This document shows positions 36,280 to 48,913 of a DNA stretch of 64,000 bases, piece by piece. Location: contig OX597827.1 of NCBI GenBank assembly GCA_951406725.2, positions 4,092,001 through 4,156,000 of the forward strand, in the 5' to 3' direction. The position numbers were made by a program, and so were the translations under genes. The DNA comes from Octopus vulgaris. Its lineage: Eukaryota. The stretch's first letter is position 1. Each line of letters opens with the position of its first letter. The notes beneath the pieces were generated by a model. It saw only the letters and a program-made list of their open reading frames with translations. It ran no database searches and was not told where the DNA came from.

Positions 36280-38403
36280 ATAGACAGCTCCCTGGTAGAT
36301 AAAGCAATTAAGTGTATGAAGCCAGGAAAAGCCCTCGGCCCATCAGGAATCACTGATGAGATGCTTAAATGCTGGTGGTGTAGGCTATGGCCTAGTCACC
36401 CCCATTGTAAACCAGGTAGTTCATGATGGAGTCATACCCAATGACTGGCATAGCAGCACAATAGTCAACTGCTACAAGGGTAAAGGCAATGCTTTGATAG
36501 AAATAACTACAGGAGTATGAAACTGCTGGATCAGGTGATGAAGGTCACGGAGAGGGTCATAGCCCATCTCATTAGGGAGAGAGTCTGCTTAGATGAGATG
36601 CAGTTCGGTTTTGTGCTGGGTAGAAGCACCACTGATGCCTTATACCTGGTTTGACAACTGCAGGAGAAATACATAGCTAAAGATAAACCCCTATATTTAG
36701 CTTTTGTGGACTTGGAGAAAGACTTTGACAGGGTCCCCCGGTCCCTTATTTGGTGGGCGATGTGGAAACTGGAGATGACAAATGGTTAATAAGGGCTGTA
36801 CAGGCCCTATTCAGAGAGGCTGTTACTAAGGTTAGGATTGACAATGAGTATAGTGAAGAATTCCAGGTAGAAGTAGGGGTCCACCAAGGTTCAGGCCTCA
36901 GTCCCCTTTTATTCATCATAGTCCTCCAGGCAATAACAGAGGAATTCAAGATGGGCTGTCCCAGGGAGCTCCTCTATGCTGATGACCTGACCCTCATAGC
37001 AGAATCACTACTGAAGCTAGAAAAGAAATTTCGAGTTTGGAAGCAAGGTTTAGAATCAAAAGGCCTTAGAGTCACAAAATACTAGTAAGTAGGAATGAAA
37101 ACTCATCTCACTCCCCCTCAGGTAGGTGACCCTGCTTGATCTGTAGAAAAGGTGTAGGTAGAAACTCCATAAGATGTACCCAGTGTAAGCTAAGGATACA
37201 TAAGAGGTGCAGCAACATCAAAGGAAGATTAACTGAGAAGATAGACTTCTTGTGCGGCAAATGCACAGGGACAATAGACACCACAGATGCTCAGAAAACA
37301 GATTCCATCACACAGGGTGAGAAACTAGAAGTAGTTGATACCTTGGGCAAGTGTCCAAGTTAGTAGTAGGGGTGGATGCTCAGAGAGTGTCACCACTAGA
37401 ATAAGAATAGCCTGAGCAAAGTTTAGAAAGCTCCTACCCCTACTGGTGACAAACGGTCTCTTGCTCAGAGTGAAAGGTAGATTGTACGATGCATGTATGT
37501 GAACTGCCATGCTGCATGGCAGTGAAACATAGGCTGTGACTGTTGAGGAAATGCATAGGCTCAAAAGAAATGAAGCTTGCATGATCCGCTGGATGTGTAA
37601 TGCCAGTGTGCACACACGACAGAGTGTGAGCGCCCTGACAGAAAAGTTGGACATAAAAAGCATCAGATGTAGTGTGCAAGAAAGACGTTTGTGCTGGTAT
37701 GGTCATGTACTACGGATGGATGAGGAGAGATGTGTGAAGAAGTGCCACTCCCAAACAGTTGAAGGAATCTGGGGTAGAGGTAGACCCAGGAAGACATGGG
37801 ATGAGGTGGTCAAGCATGACCTTTGAATGTTGGGCCTCACAGAGGCAATGATGAAAGACCGAGACCTCTGGAGATATGCTGTGACTGCGAAGACCCAATA
37901 AATAGAGTTCACGGCGTATCCTACACCAGCTTCACATAACCAGCCCCAGCCCATTCAGAATACCTTGGATCACAGGGGGGCCTGCTGTGCTTATCTTGGA
38001 TCGTAGGGTGACCTGCTGGGCTTGAGGAGGCCTATTGAGTCAAGTACATCAACATCAAAATAAAGATCAAATGGAAATTGTAGTTGTGATACCTGTGCCG
38101 GTGGCACGTAAAAAGCACCATCCAAACGTGGCCAATACCAGCACGTGCCTTGACTGGCTTCTGTGCTGGTGGCACATAAAAAGCACCAACCGATCGTGTC
38201 TATTGCCAGCCTCCTCTGCCCCTGTGCCAGTGGCACGTAAAAAGCACCCACTACACTCATGGAGTGATTGGCGTTAGGAAGGGCATCCAGCTGTAGAAAC
38301 ACTGCCAGATCAGACTGGAACCTGGTGCAGCCCCTGGCCTCCTAGACCTTGGTCGAACCGTCCAACCCGTGCTAGCATGGAATACGGACGTTAAACGATG
38401 ATA

Positions 38404-38435
<32 letters not shown>
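36280..38435 (+). mobile_element. 5'-truncated RTE-clade LINE (RT pseudogene plus C4HC3 finger, 3' UTR, (ATG)n tail) nested in SINE A
   Basis: Motifs YRSMKLLDQVMKV.E, AFVDLEKDFD, GVHQGSGLSPLLF, LLYADD and RRLCWYGHVLRMDE..GRGRPRKTW. Host SINE A halves at ~36058-36215 and ~38445-38665. Confidence 0.92.
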
Positions 38436-38436
<1 letters not shown>

Positions 38437-39589
38437 TATGTATGTAAGTGGTGTGTCTCTGTTTGTACCTGTTCCCATCGCTTAACAACCGCTGCTGGGG
38501 TAGTTATGTCCCTCTAACTTATTGGTTCAACAAAAGAGGCTGATAGAATAAGGACTAGATTCACAAAGAACAAGTTCTGTGTCGATTTCTTTGACTAAAA
38601 CCTTTTAAGGCAGTGCTCCAACATGGCCACAGTCAAATGACTGAAACATGTAAAAGAATAAAAGAACGCATGTGTGTGTGTGATGAGCTTCCACACAGTT
38701 TACATCTACAAAATTCACTCACAAGTCATTGGCTGGCCTGGGGTGAGTAAAAGACACTTGGCCAAGGTGACACCCAGTGGTATTGAACCTGAAACCATGT
38801 CGTTGCAAAGTGAACTTCTTAATCACACTGCCAATTCATTTTTGCAAACAATTTACTTCATTAATGCTTACTATCCACCCTGAGTTTCTCTCATGTGTGT
38901 ATGTATACACAAATGCATGAACGTCTCTGTGCGTATTTGTGTTAAGCATAAAAGCAGAAATGACAAAGTTTTTGGTGTTACAGAGTGCATTGGTATTTGG
39001 TGGGCTGGGGATGGGCTGGGGATGGGCTGGGCATTGAATTGTTATTTACAAATGTCGACAATTTATAGATAATCAATAAAAAAAACTTTTAGCCATTAAT
39101 TAACCAAAACTAAACGAATTTGTCTCTCTTTTTATATGTTTACTTCTGTGTATGTGTTTCGGAGTGTGTGTAAGTGAGTATGCACTCATTGTGTGTGTGT
39201 TTGTTTCTGTGTGTGTGTGTGTGTGTGTAAGTGTGTATGTGTGTGTGAGTGTGCGCGTGTGTGTGCTTGTGCTTTTGCGTGTGCATAATGGAATTGCAGA
39301 CAATCGCAGGGGAATCAAATTTAACAGTGCACCTTTTGATGAAGAATTTTTAAATTAAAAAGTAATTTAAGTGTTTTCTTAAAAAGAAATAAAAACAATG
39401 AATATATAAATTCCACTTTGCAATTATAAATCATTTTAAATCTTTAATTTGTGGCTAATATTTCTTGGTTACTATGACGTAAGAATTCAAGGGAAAAAAT
39501 TGCAGCAAATATTCTAAACACCAGACAAAATTATGGCAATACGTCTACCATTCCTTTTTATTCTTTTATTTGATTATTAATATAATGTA

Positions 39590-39769
39590 GACACAGGGCT
39601 GGGTATTTAATTAAGGAGATTGTGTCTCAATCATGTGGGCTCAATTTCAGTTCCTTAACATGACACCTTGGGCAAGTGTCTTCTACTATAGCCTCGGGCC
39701 GACCAAAGCCTTGTGAGTGGATTTGGTAGAGAGAAATTGAAAGAAGCCCGTCGTATATATGTATATGTG

Positions 39770-39813
<44 letters not shown>

Positions 39814-40022
39814 TGTGTCTGTGTTTGTCCCCCCCCCCAACATTGCATGACAACCGATGCTGGTGTGTTTACGTTCCCGTAACTTAGCGGTTCGGCAAGA
39901 GAGACCGATAGAATAAGTACTAGGCTTACAAAGAATAAGTCCTGGGGTCGATTTGCTTGACTAAAGGCGGTGCTCCAGCATGGCCACAGTCAAATGACTG
40001 AAACATGTAAAAGAATAAAAGA
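39590..40022 (+). mobile_element. SINE family A
   Basis: Diverged head; well-conserved body and tail. Confidence 0.85.
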
Positions 40023-41475
40023 ATGCGTTTGTGTGTTTTTGTTTGTCCCCCACCTCTATTGCTTGACAACTAGTGTTGGTTTGTTTGCATCCCCATAACT
40101 TAGAGATTTGGCAAAAAGAGACTGCAACAATAAATACCAAACTAAGTACCATGGTTGATTTGTTTGATTAAACCCTTCAAAGCGGTGCCCTAGCATGGCC
40201 ACTCATTTATTTGACCAACAAAACTATCTGCTCATTGAATTAGTTTGTAAGTGGCTGACTATTCCACAGAGACATGTCTTTACATTTACAGAGACATGTC
40301 TTTAAACCAGCCATATCTAGCTTAAATGTCCTACCTGTTTGATCTTAAAACTTGCCAGTCTAGTCTCTCACACCTACCCAACAATGTCATGCTAAAAATA
40401 AACAATCACATCATCAAAATCTCAAAGCTATGAGATAATGCTAGGCCTCACCGAGGCAAGGACTAGTGACCGAGACTTTTGGAAATATGCTGTGCGTGAG
40501 AAGACCCAGCAGGACAAGTGAGTCCATCCCGTGTCCCTTGCTAGGGATGTAGCCAGCCCACTTATGCATGCCTTTCTTTCCTTGGACACACAAAGACCTG
40601 TTGAGGCAAGCAAAGTCGAAATCGAATTCGAAATTGAACCAATCCTATGACTGGCACCCGGTAGTTACCAGGGATGCTGGACTGACTCCTGTGCCAGTGG
40701 CAAGTAAAGAAACACTGTTTTGACCCTGTGCTTGAGGAGATCCATTGAGTCAAGGACACCAACATCAAAGATCAATGGAAACTGCAGTTGTGAAACCTGT
40801 GCCGGTGCCATGTAAAAAGCACCCACTACACTCTCGGAGTGGCTGGTGTTAGGAAGGGCATCCAGCTGTAGAAACACTGCCAGATCAGACTGGAGCCTGG
40901 TGCAGCCTTCTGGCTCCCCAGATCCCCGGTCAAACCGTCCAACCCATGCTAGCATGGAGAACGGACGTTAAACGATGATGATATTCCAAACAATGTGAAT
41001 AAATAAGCATTACATTTGACAGAAAAAATTTCAATGCTAAAATAAGAATTAGTCAGAAACACAGAATTTGTGACAAGGCTATGCTTTTGAATTACAAGTA
41101 CGCTCTGATATGAAGTGCTTCCATACATGTTCCGTTTCCCCAATTTCCCTCATAAGACTTGTCGATCCAAGGCTATTGTACAGGATGGTGCACGAAAAAG
41201 TAGCCCAGGTTTTTGTAGCATAGGGTAAATACAGGAATACATTTACATACATGTAAAAGAACTTAGCCTTTTGTTTGCAAACACCGTTGTGTTATTTTGA
41301 CCAAGTCTAAAGTTGAAGCCATATCATTTCACATGTATACAACAATTAAAAGCCTACTTTTTCAGTTGAAATAACACAGTGATGCTTGCAAACGAAAGGT
41401 TGGGGCTTTTCTGTGTTAATGTATGTTTGAATTTGCACTATTTGACGGAACCTGGACTACTTTTTGGGGCAACAC

Positions 41476-41539
<64 letters not shown>

Positions 41540-42759
41540 GTTTAACGTCCGTTTTCCATGCTAGCATTGGTTGGAAGGTTTTTGACTGAGGACTGGCGAG
41601 CCAGATGGCTGCACCAGGCCCCAATCTGATCTGGCAGAGTTTCTACAGCTGGATGTCCTTCCTAACGCCAACCACTCCGAGAGTGTAATGGGTGCTTTTA
41701 CGTGCCACCAGCACGAGGGCCAGTCAGGTGGTACTGGCAACGACCCAACTTGAATGTTTTTTCACGTGCCACCGGCACAAGTGCCAGTAAGGCGACACTG
41801 GTAATGATCAAGCTTGAATGGTGCACCCCTATGTAATAAACAACACTTTTTCATAACGCCACAGAGTGGGATTCAATGTGAGACCTTGAGATTGCTATAT
41901 AACCAATGATTCATTTGAGAGTTTGTAACTGAGACAATTACATCATGAAAGCATCATGACAGACATTTAATATACAAATAGACGGTTACATTCATTTTTG
42001 TTGCATTTTTGAAATTTTATAGATTATAAACTACCAAATGTTTCATGGTACATCTATGACTTACTCACTGATGCAGTTTCATGGATGTATTGTCATTTGA
42101 TATATTTAAAAATTTGCATAGTGTTGGAGTAAAAGCTGAAGAGGGTTAGATTAGCAGAATCATTCGAGCAGGGTTTTTGAGTCATTATTTGCACCAAGCT
42201 CTACATTTGATTTTCCCCTCAAGAAAAGAAATACATGACCCATGAATAGACAACGTTATTACGTACCACACACACATACACACACACACATCTTGTGTCT
42301 TTACACATATCTGAGAGAAAAATTTATTTTCTCTGGCAAATATAATTGAGGGTTGGAAACAGGAAGGGCATTTGGCTGTAGAAAATCTGCCTCGACAAAT
42401 TCTGTCTGCACTAGCATAGCTAGAGTGTGCTGACTGGGGCAGCCCTTCAGTTTGCCACCCTTGGGCCCCCACAAAAATTACATATTGCTTACAGTGGACC
42501 CAAAAGTGGTGCCACCCCTGCAGACCGCCCCCTCCACCCCACTTTAGGTATGTTAGTGTCCATCTGATACATGCAAACATCAAAACGTAAGCATTAAAAT
42601 GATGATGATGATTATATTCTAATTGATACCAGAGCAAGGGTTTTCATGCAATTTTGTAAATGCAAATTGTTACATTTTATTAAAGGTAAGCAGTAGGTGT
42701 GTAACTTGTTTGTCTATCAGACAGGGGCAAACAAACTTATGTTCCTTGTATGTTCTGCA

Positions 42760-43053
42760 TAGCACAACTGTTTTCAACCCATGAATGAAACTCTACGTGG
42801 TCGTTCAATCTGCTAGAAATAGCTGTCAAATCTCCCTCAAATCACACATTGTCATCTTAGCACAACTGTTTTCAACCCATGAAGGAAACTCTATGTGGTC
42901 GTTCAATCGGCTAGAAATAGCTGTCAAATCTCCCTCAAATCACACATTGTCATCTTAGCACAACTGTTTTCAACCCATGAAGGAAACTCTACGTGGTCGT
43001 TCAATCTGCTAGAAATAGCCGTCAAATCTCCATCAAATCACACATTGTCATCT
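42760..43053 (+). repeat. Tandem triplication of a 98-bp unit
   Basis: Units begin TAGCACAACTGTTTTCAACCCATGAA at 42760, 42858 and 42956, with only a few substitutions. Confidence 0.95.
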
Positions 43054-43371
43054 TAAAAAGTGGAAGAGTATAGTAGATTATATAGTCTTAAACCCCATGA
43101 GAATGCGTTTTTATTATAGTACTGCTCAATCAGTGTTAAATCTGAAGCTAAAAAAAAACATAAAAAAACAATAGTAACAACTACACTAGTTATAGAGCAC
43201 AAAGTCTTAATCATTATGACCATGTGACCACAGATGGGTACCTTAATGTAAAGGCCATTAACATCACATTATATTCTAAAGTAGAATATTGATCAGCAGG
43301 ACTCTGGAGGATTATGGTGACTAATGTCCAGTTTAGAGGAAGTACACTAAGTCTGTATCAGACAATACTGA

Positions 43372-43760
43372 AGTAATATATATAAATACATAAAATATAG
43401 AAATATAGAAAATATATAAAAATATATATAAATACATAAAATATATATAAATATATAAAATATATAAAAATATATAAAATATATAAATATATAAAATATA
43501 TAAAAATATATATATAAATACATAAAATATATATAAATATATAAAATATATAAAAATATATTTAGATATATATAATTATATAAATATATAAATATATATA
43601 AATATATATAAATATAAAAATATAGAACAAACATAAATATATAGGAATATATAAAATATATATAAGTATATATATATATATGAATATATAAAATATATAC
43701 ATAAAATATATATAAATATATATTTATATATAAAATATATATAAATACGTAAAATATGAA
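43372..43760. repeat. AT-only low-complexity tract (ATATATAAA-like)
   Basis: About 390 bp almost free of G/C. Confidence 0.95.
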
Positions 43761-44086
43761 GCTTCAAGACAGATCACATGGTACATAAAAATAAAAAGCT
43801 TAAATAAAAATAGAAAATAATTTAATTTTTTTTCTTTTGCTCGTTTCATTCATTGGGCTGTGGCCATACTGGAGTACCACCTTGAAGGGTTTAGTCAAAC
43901 AAATCAAGTCCAGTACTAATTTTAAGTCCAGGTACTTATTCTATTGGTCTCTCTTTTGCCAAACCACTACATTATGAGGATGTAAACAAACCAACAGTTA
44001 TCAAGTGGGGTGGGGAGATGGACACTCATAAAGACAACGACACACATGCACATTTCCATACATATATAAATACATGCGCACACACA

Positions 44087-44150
<64 letters not shown>

Positions 44151-45783
44151 CACATTGACTCACATGCACATCCTTGTAACTTAGCTGTTCAGCAAAAGAG
44201 ACCAATGGAATAAATACCTGGTTTAAACTAAATAAATCCTGAGATCAATTCATTTGACTAAAAAGTTTTCGGAGGCAGTGCTCCAGCATGGCTGCTGTCT
44301 AATGACAGAAACAAGTAAAAGAATAAAAGATAAAAGATGCTGACAGCTACCAGTTTTCTTGGATTCTGGATTTTATTCTCCTCAATTCGTCAAAACGACT
44401 GAATAAGGATATGATTAATTCCCCAGCTTCCCAAACATAGGCTCTGAGCTTCACAAGTATTCCTGGAATTAAACAGGAATCTGTTGTTGTCTGAATGCTA
44501 TTTATACTTTTATTTTACGTACTAATCAACAAAACTCCATAAACTTTAGGTAAAGAAATCTATACTAAAATCAAAACAAGTCTGTGTATCATCGCAATGT
44601 CAGTAATCTTTAATATTTAATTATTTATAGTGAAACCAAACTCTAATAAAAAGTTATATGAGAGATTTTGTTGAAGACAGTTAATTAATCAATCACAAGA
44701 AAGGAGGGCTCCAATCAGGAATTTTAAACATGCTGTCAAACACTTTATATTTACAATGTAAAGTATTTTTTAATAATTTACTTGGAGAGGAAGATGGCGC
44801 TTCTGGCCTTCTTTTCAAGGTTTTTGAACTTGATAAAAGGAAAAGTGCTAGTTATTGTCAGACTAGAGACCCGGCTTGACTGTTGACAACAGTGTGGATT
44901 TTGCTTAAGGTACCCTGGGATCATGCAGTGTTGCTAAACTAGGTGGAATGAGTCTTGTATCTCAACACTTACCCAAGTATCTATTCTCACATTCTCATTA
45001 CTTGAAGAACTTTGATACCAAATTAATAATAATCCACATTTGCTGAACATGTTTCCGTAAACTTTCTAGGAAATACTTTTTTCAATATTGATGGACAACC
45101 AGCAAATTCCACAAATTACAAAACCTTCAGCTGGAAAAGAAGCCTTTACATGATTGCTTGACCTGCTTGAAAAAGCAGTCAAATCTCATTCAACTTACAC
45201 CTAGTTGTCTCAATAGTCGTCATTGATTGGTTGAAATTGCCGAAATGCAAGAAATTAAACAACAAATGACTTACAAACTACAGAATTTTCTCAAGAACGC
45301 CAAGAGAAAAAGATGTTTTATGTGACACATTCTACCAGTATACGAAGTTTAAAAGTGTTTAGTTGCAAAGAAATTATTTTAAAAATCTGCCGGTCAAAGC
45401 GAAAAGATCTCGAAAAATGCATCAGAAGGAAATTCTGAATAATTGATATTATGCATAGAAAGGTGTGTGAAGGAGTGTGGCCGAGGGGTTAAGGTGCTAC
45501 ACTCACGATTGCAAGATCATGGTTTCAATTCCCAGAGTCAAGCAATGCATTGTGCTCTTGCACAGAACACTTCATTTTGCATTGCTCAAGTCCATGAGTA
45601 ACCTTGTGAAGGGCAGGCATCCTGTTCAGGGTGGAATGTTGTGGTCACTTGTATGGTATAGCAAATGGATTACTGGACCTATGGGTCCTCAGACTCAAGA
45701 CAGTATTGTCCAGGGGTTTGAGACTGAAGATGATGATGATGAGAGAAGGGTTGAGGATGGTTAGTATAGGGCCTCAAAGAAGG

Positions 45784-46244
45784 TGTAGCATAATAAGATA
45801 ACAGAGTAACGCTGTTAATAGAAGTTTGAAAGGTAAAGGAGAAGGGTGAAGTACTGTAACTGAATAAATTAAGAGAATTTAAATCAAATTAAAAGAAGTT
45901 AAGAACAAGACAAGGAAAGATGAAAAGGTGGAAAAACTTTTTGTTTCCTTGAAAATAATTTTCAGTCTTAAAATCGTAAAAATAATCTCAAAAAATCTTT
46001 TAAAAAAATCATTTGAAGAAAAAATTTTAAAAAGCTTAAAAGACCTTAAAAAATTTTTTTTGAACATTTATAAATTCTCAAAAAAACAAAAAAATCTGAT
46101 AAACATCCCACAAAGACAGAAAAACACCTCAAAAACATCTTTTAGCCTCTCTTAATTTTTTGGGGTTACAGTATTTCACCCTTCTCCTTTACTGTCCAAA
46201 CCTCTCCTACTCGTGGCATTACCCTGTTGCCTTACTATACTATA
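45784..46244. repeat. Fold-back/MITE-like element with ~90-bp inverted arms and A-rich interior
   Basis: GTAAAGGAGAAGGGTGAAGTACTGTAAC (~45833-45860) vs GTTACAGTATTTCACCCTTCTCCTTTAC (~46165-46192); homology extends on both sides. Confidence 0.75.
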
Positions 46245-46246
46245 GT

Positions 46247-46625
46247 GGAGGCGCAATGGCCCAGTGGTTAGGGCAGCGGACTCATGGTCATAGGATTGCG
46301 GTTTCGATTCCCAGACTGGGCGTTGTGAGTGTTTATTGAGCGAAAACACCTAAAAGCTCCACGAGGCTCCGGCAGGGGGTGGTGATCCCTGCTGTATTCT
46401 TTCACCACAACTTTCTCTCACTCTTACTTCCTGTTTCTGTTGTACCTGTATTTCAAGGGGCTGGCCTTGTCACTTTCTGTGTCACACTGAATATCCCCGA
46501 GTACTATGTTAAGGGTGCATGTGTCTGTGGAGTGCTCAGCCACTTACACGTTAATTTCACGAGCAGGCTGTTCCGTTGATTCGGATCAACCGGAACGCTC
46601 ATCGTCGTAACCGACGGAGTGCTTC
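46247..46625 (+). mobile_element. tRNA-derived SINE family C
   Basis: Head GGCGCAATGGCCCAGTGGTTAGGGCAGCGGACT...GGTTTCGATTCCC with clear box A and box B, followed by a non-tRNA body. A related head occurs at ~45470-45590. Confidence 0.75.
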
Positions 46626-47419
46626 CTCTTTTTTTCCACTATACTATACCATAACCATGTTGTCTGAGATCCATCGGCACATTGTATTATGAGTGATAAG
46701 AGGAGAAGATATGGTGGATATATCATTTGAGCAACGTGTAACCAATAACAAAAAAACATAGTAATGATTAGTCTTAGATTCTTGTGGAGCCAAAGTAAAA
46801 AATCAAAGACAAGACCCACTGTTTTGTTTTTGTAAAGTAAGAGAAATAGGATGTCATGAAGTTCATACTATTTGTGAAGGGATTAGTACTTAACTTGTTT
46901 GGTAGTTGCTTCAAGATGGATTTGAAAGTGATCTGTTGAGTCAGCTCTTTTGGGAATTCATCTCATGCTACAATGCTTGTCTTTGTGTCACTTGATATTA
47001 ATAAAACACTTGTGTATTCAGCTGTATTGCTTTTTCTGTGTTTGTGTGTTGGTGTGTTTGTGCATGCATAACTAATCTATCTGTCTGTCTGTCTGTTTAT
47101 CTGATGAGCTACTTATCTATCTATTTATTCACACACACGCACACATGCACGCACACACGCACACATACACACACACATACACACACACACACATACACAT
47201 ATACGTGTGTATATGTATGTATGTATGTATGTATGTATATATCAGTGAGGAGTTCATATATCTGAAAAAGAAGCGCACTCTAAAACGTTAGTGTAATAAT
47301 ATTTAGAAGGCTGTTTGTTATGGTCTGTGTCTTATAGGTGTGAAACCATTGGTTTCACAGCTATAAGGCACTTAACAGTATAGGTGGGTCACTCTCTGAC
47401 CGGCCATAACTAACAACCT

Positions 47420-47458
<39 letters not shown>

Positions 47459-47460
47459 AG

Positions 47461-47622
47461 ATACTTTATTTAAAGCAGCAGAAAATTCAACAAAACCTGT
47501 TACTGAGTTTCAAACAGGTTTTGTTGAATTTTCTGCTGCTTTAAATAAAGCATATTACTCTACCACTGGTATTTGAGTACTCTTTTTTCCACCTTGTTTC
47601 ACATTTATGTGTTTACTCCGGT
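47461..47622 (+). mobile_element. Second copy of the 2989-3205 fold-back element, ribozyme core deleted
   Basis: Near-identical arms and 3' extension; the centre is collapsed to CCTGTTACTGAGTTTCAAACAGG. Confidence 0.85.
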
Positions 47623-47656
47623 ATATAAAAAGATGGATAGATAAATAAATAGAGGC

Positions 47657-47880
47657 ATGCATGCATACATACATACATACATACATACATACATACATAC
47701 ATACATACATACATACATACATACATACATACATACATACATACATACATACATACATACATACATACATACATGCATACATACATACATGCATACATGC
47801 ATACATACATACATGCATACATACATACATATATACATACATACATACATACACACATACATACATACATACATACATAT
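47657..47880. repeat. (CATA)n microsatellite; another at 56930-57300, and (GATA/GATG)n at 52250-52575
   Basis: Read directly from the sequence. Confidence 0.97.
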
Positions 47881-48290
47881 TCATATGTACATCTTTTATC
47901 TTTTACTTGCTTCAGTCATTGGACAGCAGTCATGCTGAAACACTATTTAGAAGAGTTCTTTTAAGCCTGGCTCTTACTCTATTGGTCCCTTATACTGAAC
48001 CAATAAGTTGCAGAGATGTAAACAGGCCAACACTGGTTGTCAAGGGGCACAGAGGGACAAACTACAAATGCTAAGACAACTCACGCACATAAACATATAC
48101 ATAGATATAAATGACATATACACGTGCATGTGTGCACACGCGCACACACACACAAGTATGTAGGTGTATATATTATTTAAAATAGTTTGATTTGGCTCCA
48201 TGTGGCTAATCGAAATGTTTTAAATAAAACATGTATCCCCTACTGTGTTGAGTGCTCCTTTCTTTCATTTGTCCACTCACTTATACGTGC

Positions 48291-48341
<51 letters not shown>

Positions 48342-48429
48342 ATCATCATTTAGCTACCTTATTCTGTACTGGCACAGGATATACTTCTTGCTTGAGTTGA
48401 ACTGTTGGCACAAACATAAATACATGTAT

Positions 48430-48475
<46 letters not shown>

Positions 48476-48478
<3 letters not shown>

Positions 48479-48913
48479 TCTTTTACTTGTTTCAGTCATT
48501 TGACTGTGGCCATGCTGGAGCACCACCTTCAGTCAAGCAAACTGACCCCAGGACCTATTCTTTGTAAGCCTAGTACTTATTCTAGCAGTCTCTTTTCCTG
48601 AACAGCTAAGTTACAGGGACGTAAACGCACTACCATCAGTTGTCAAGCAACGTTGGGGAAACACACAAACATGCAAACATATACACACATACATATATAT
48701 ATACATATATACGACCCTAACCCCTCACAGATACATATATATATACATATATACGACGGGCTTCTTTCAGTTTTCATCTACCAAATCCACTCACAAGACT
48801 CTGGTCGGCCCGAGGCTACAGTAGAAGACATTTGTCCAAGATGCCATGCAGTGAGACTGAACCTGGAACCATGTGGTTGGTAAGCAAGCTACTTACCACA
48901 CAGCTATTCCTGC
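48476..48913 (-). mobile_element. SINE family A
   Basis: Reverse complement of the consensus. Confidence 0.88.

Noticed and set aside
39001-39031. (TGGGCTGGGGA)x3 G-quadruplex-like motif
   Set aside because: A simple short tandem repeat with no supporting context.
42760-43053. CRISPR-like periodicity
   Set aside because: Whole units are duplicated with no unique spacers; eukaryotic context and no cas genes.
46247-46322. Possible tRNA gene
   Set aside because: Acceptor and T stems do not pair properly, there is no T-run terminator, and it continues into a SINE body.
48714-48724. CCCTAACCC telomere-like motif
   Set aside because: Only about 1.5 units; chance level.
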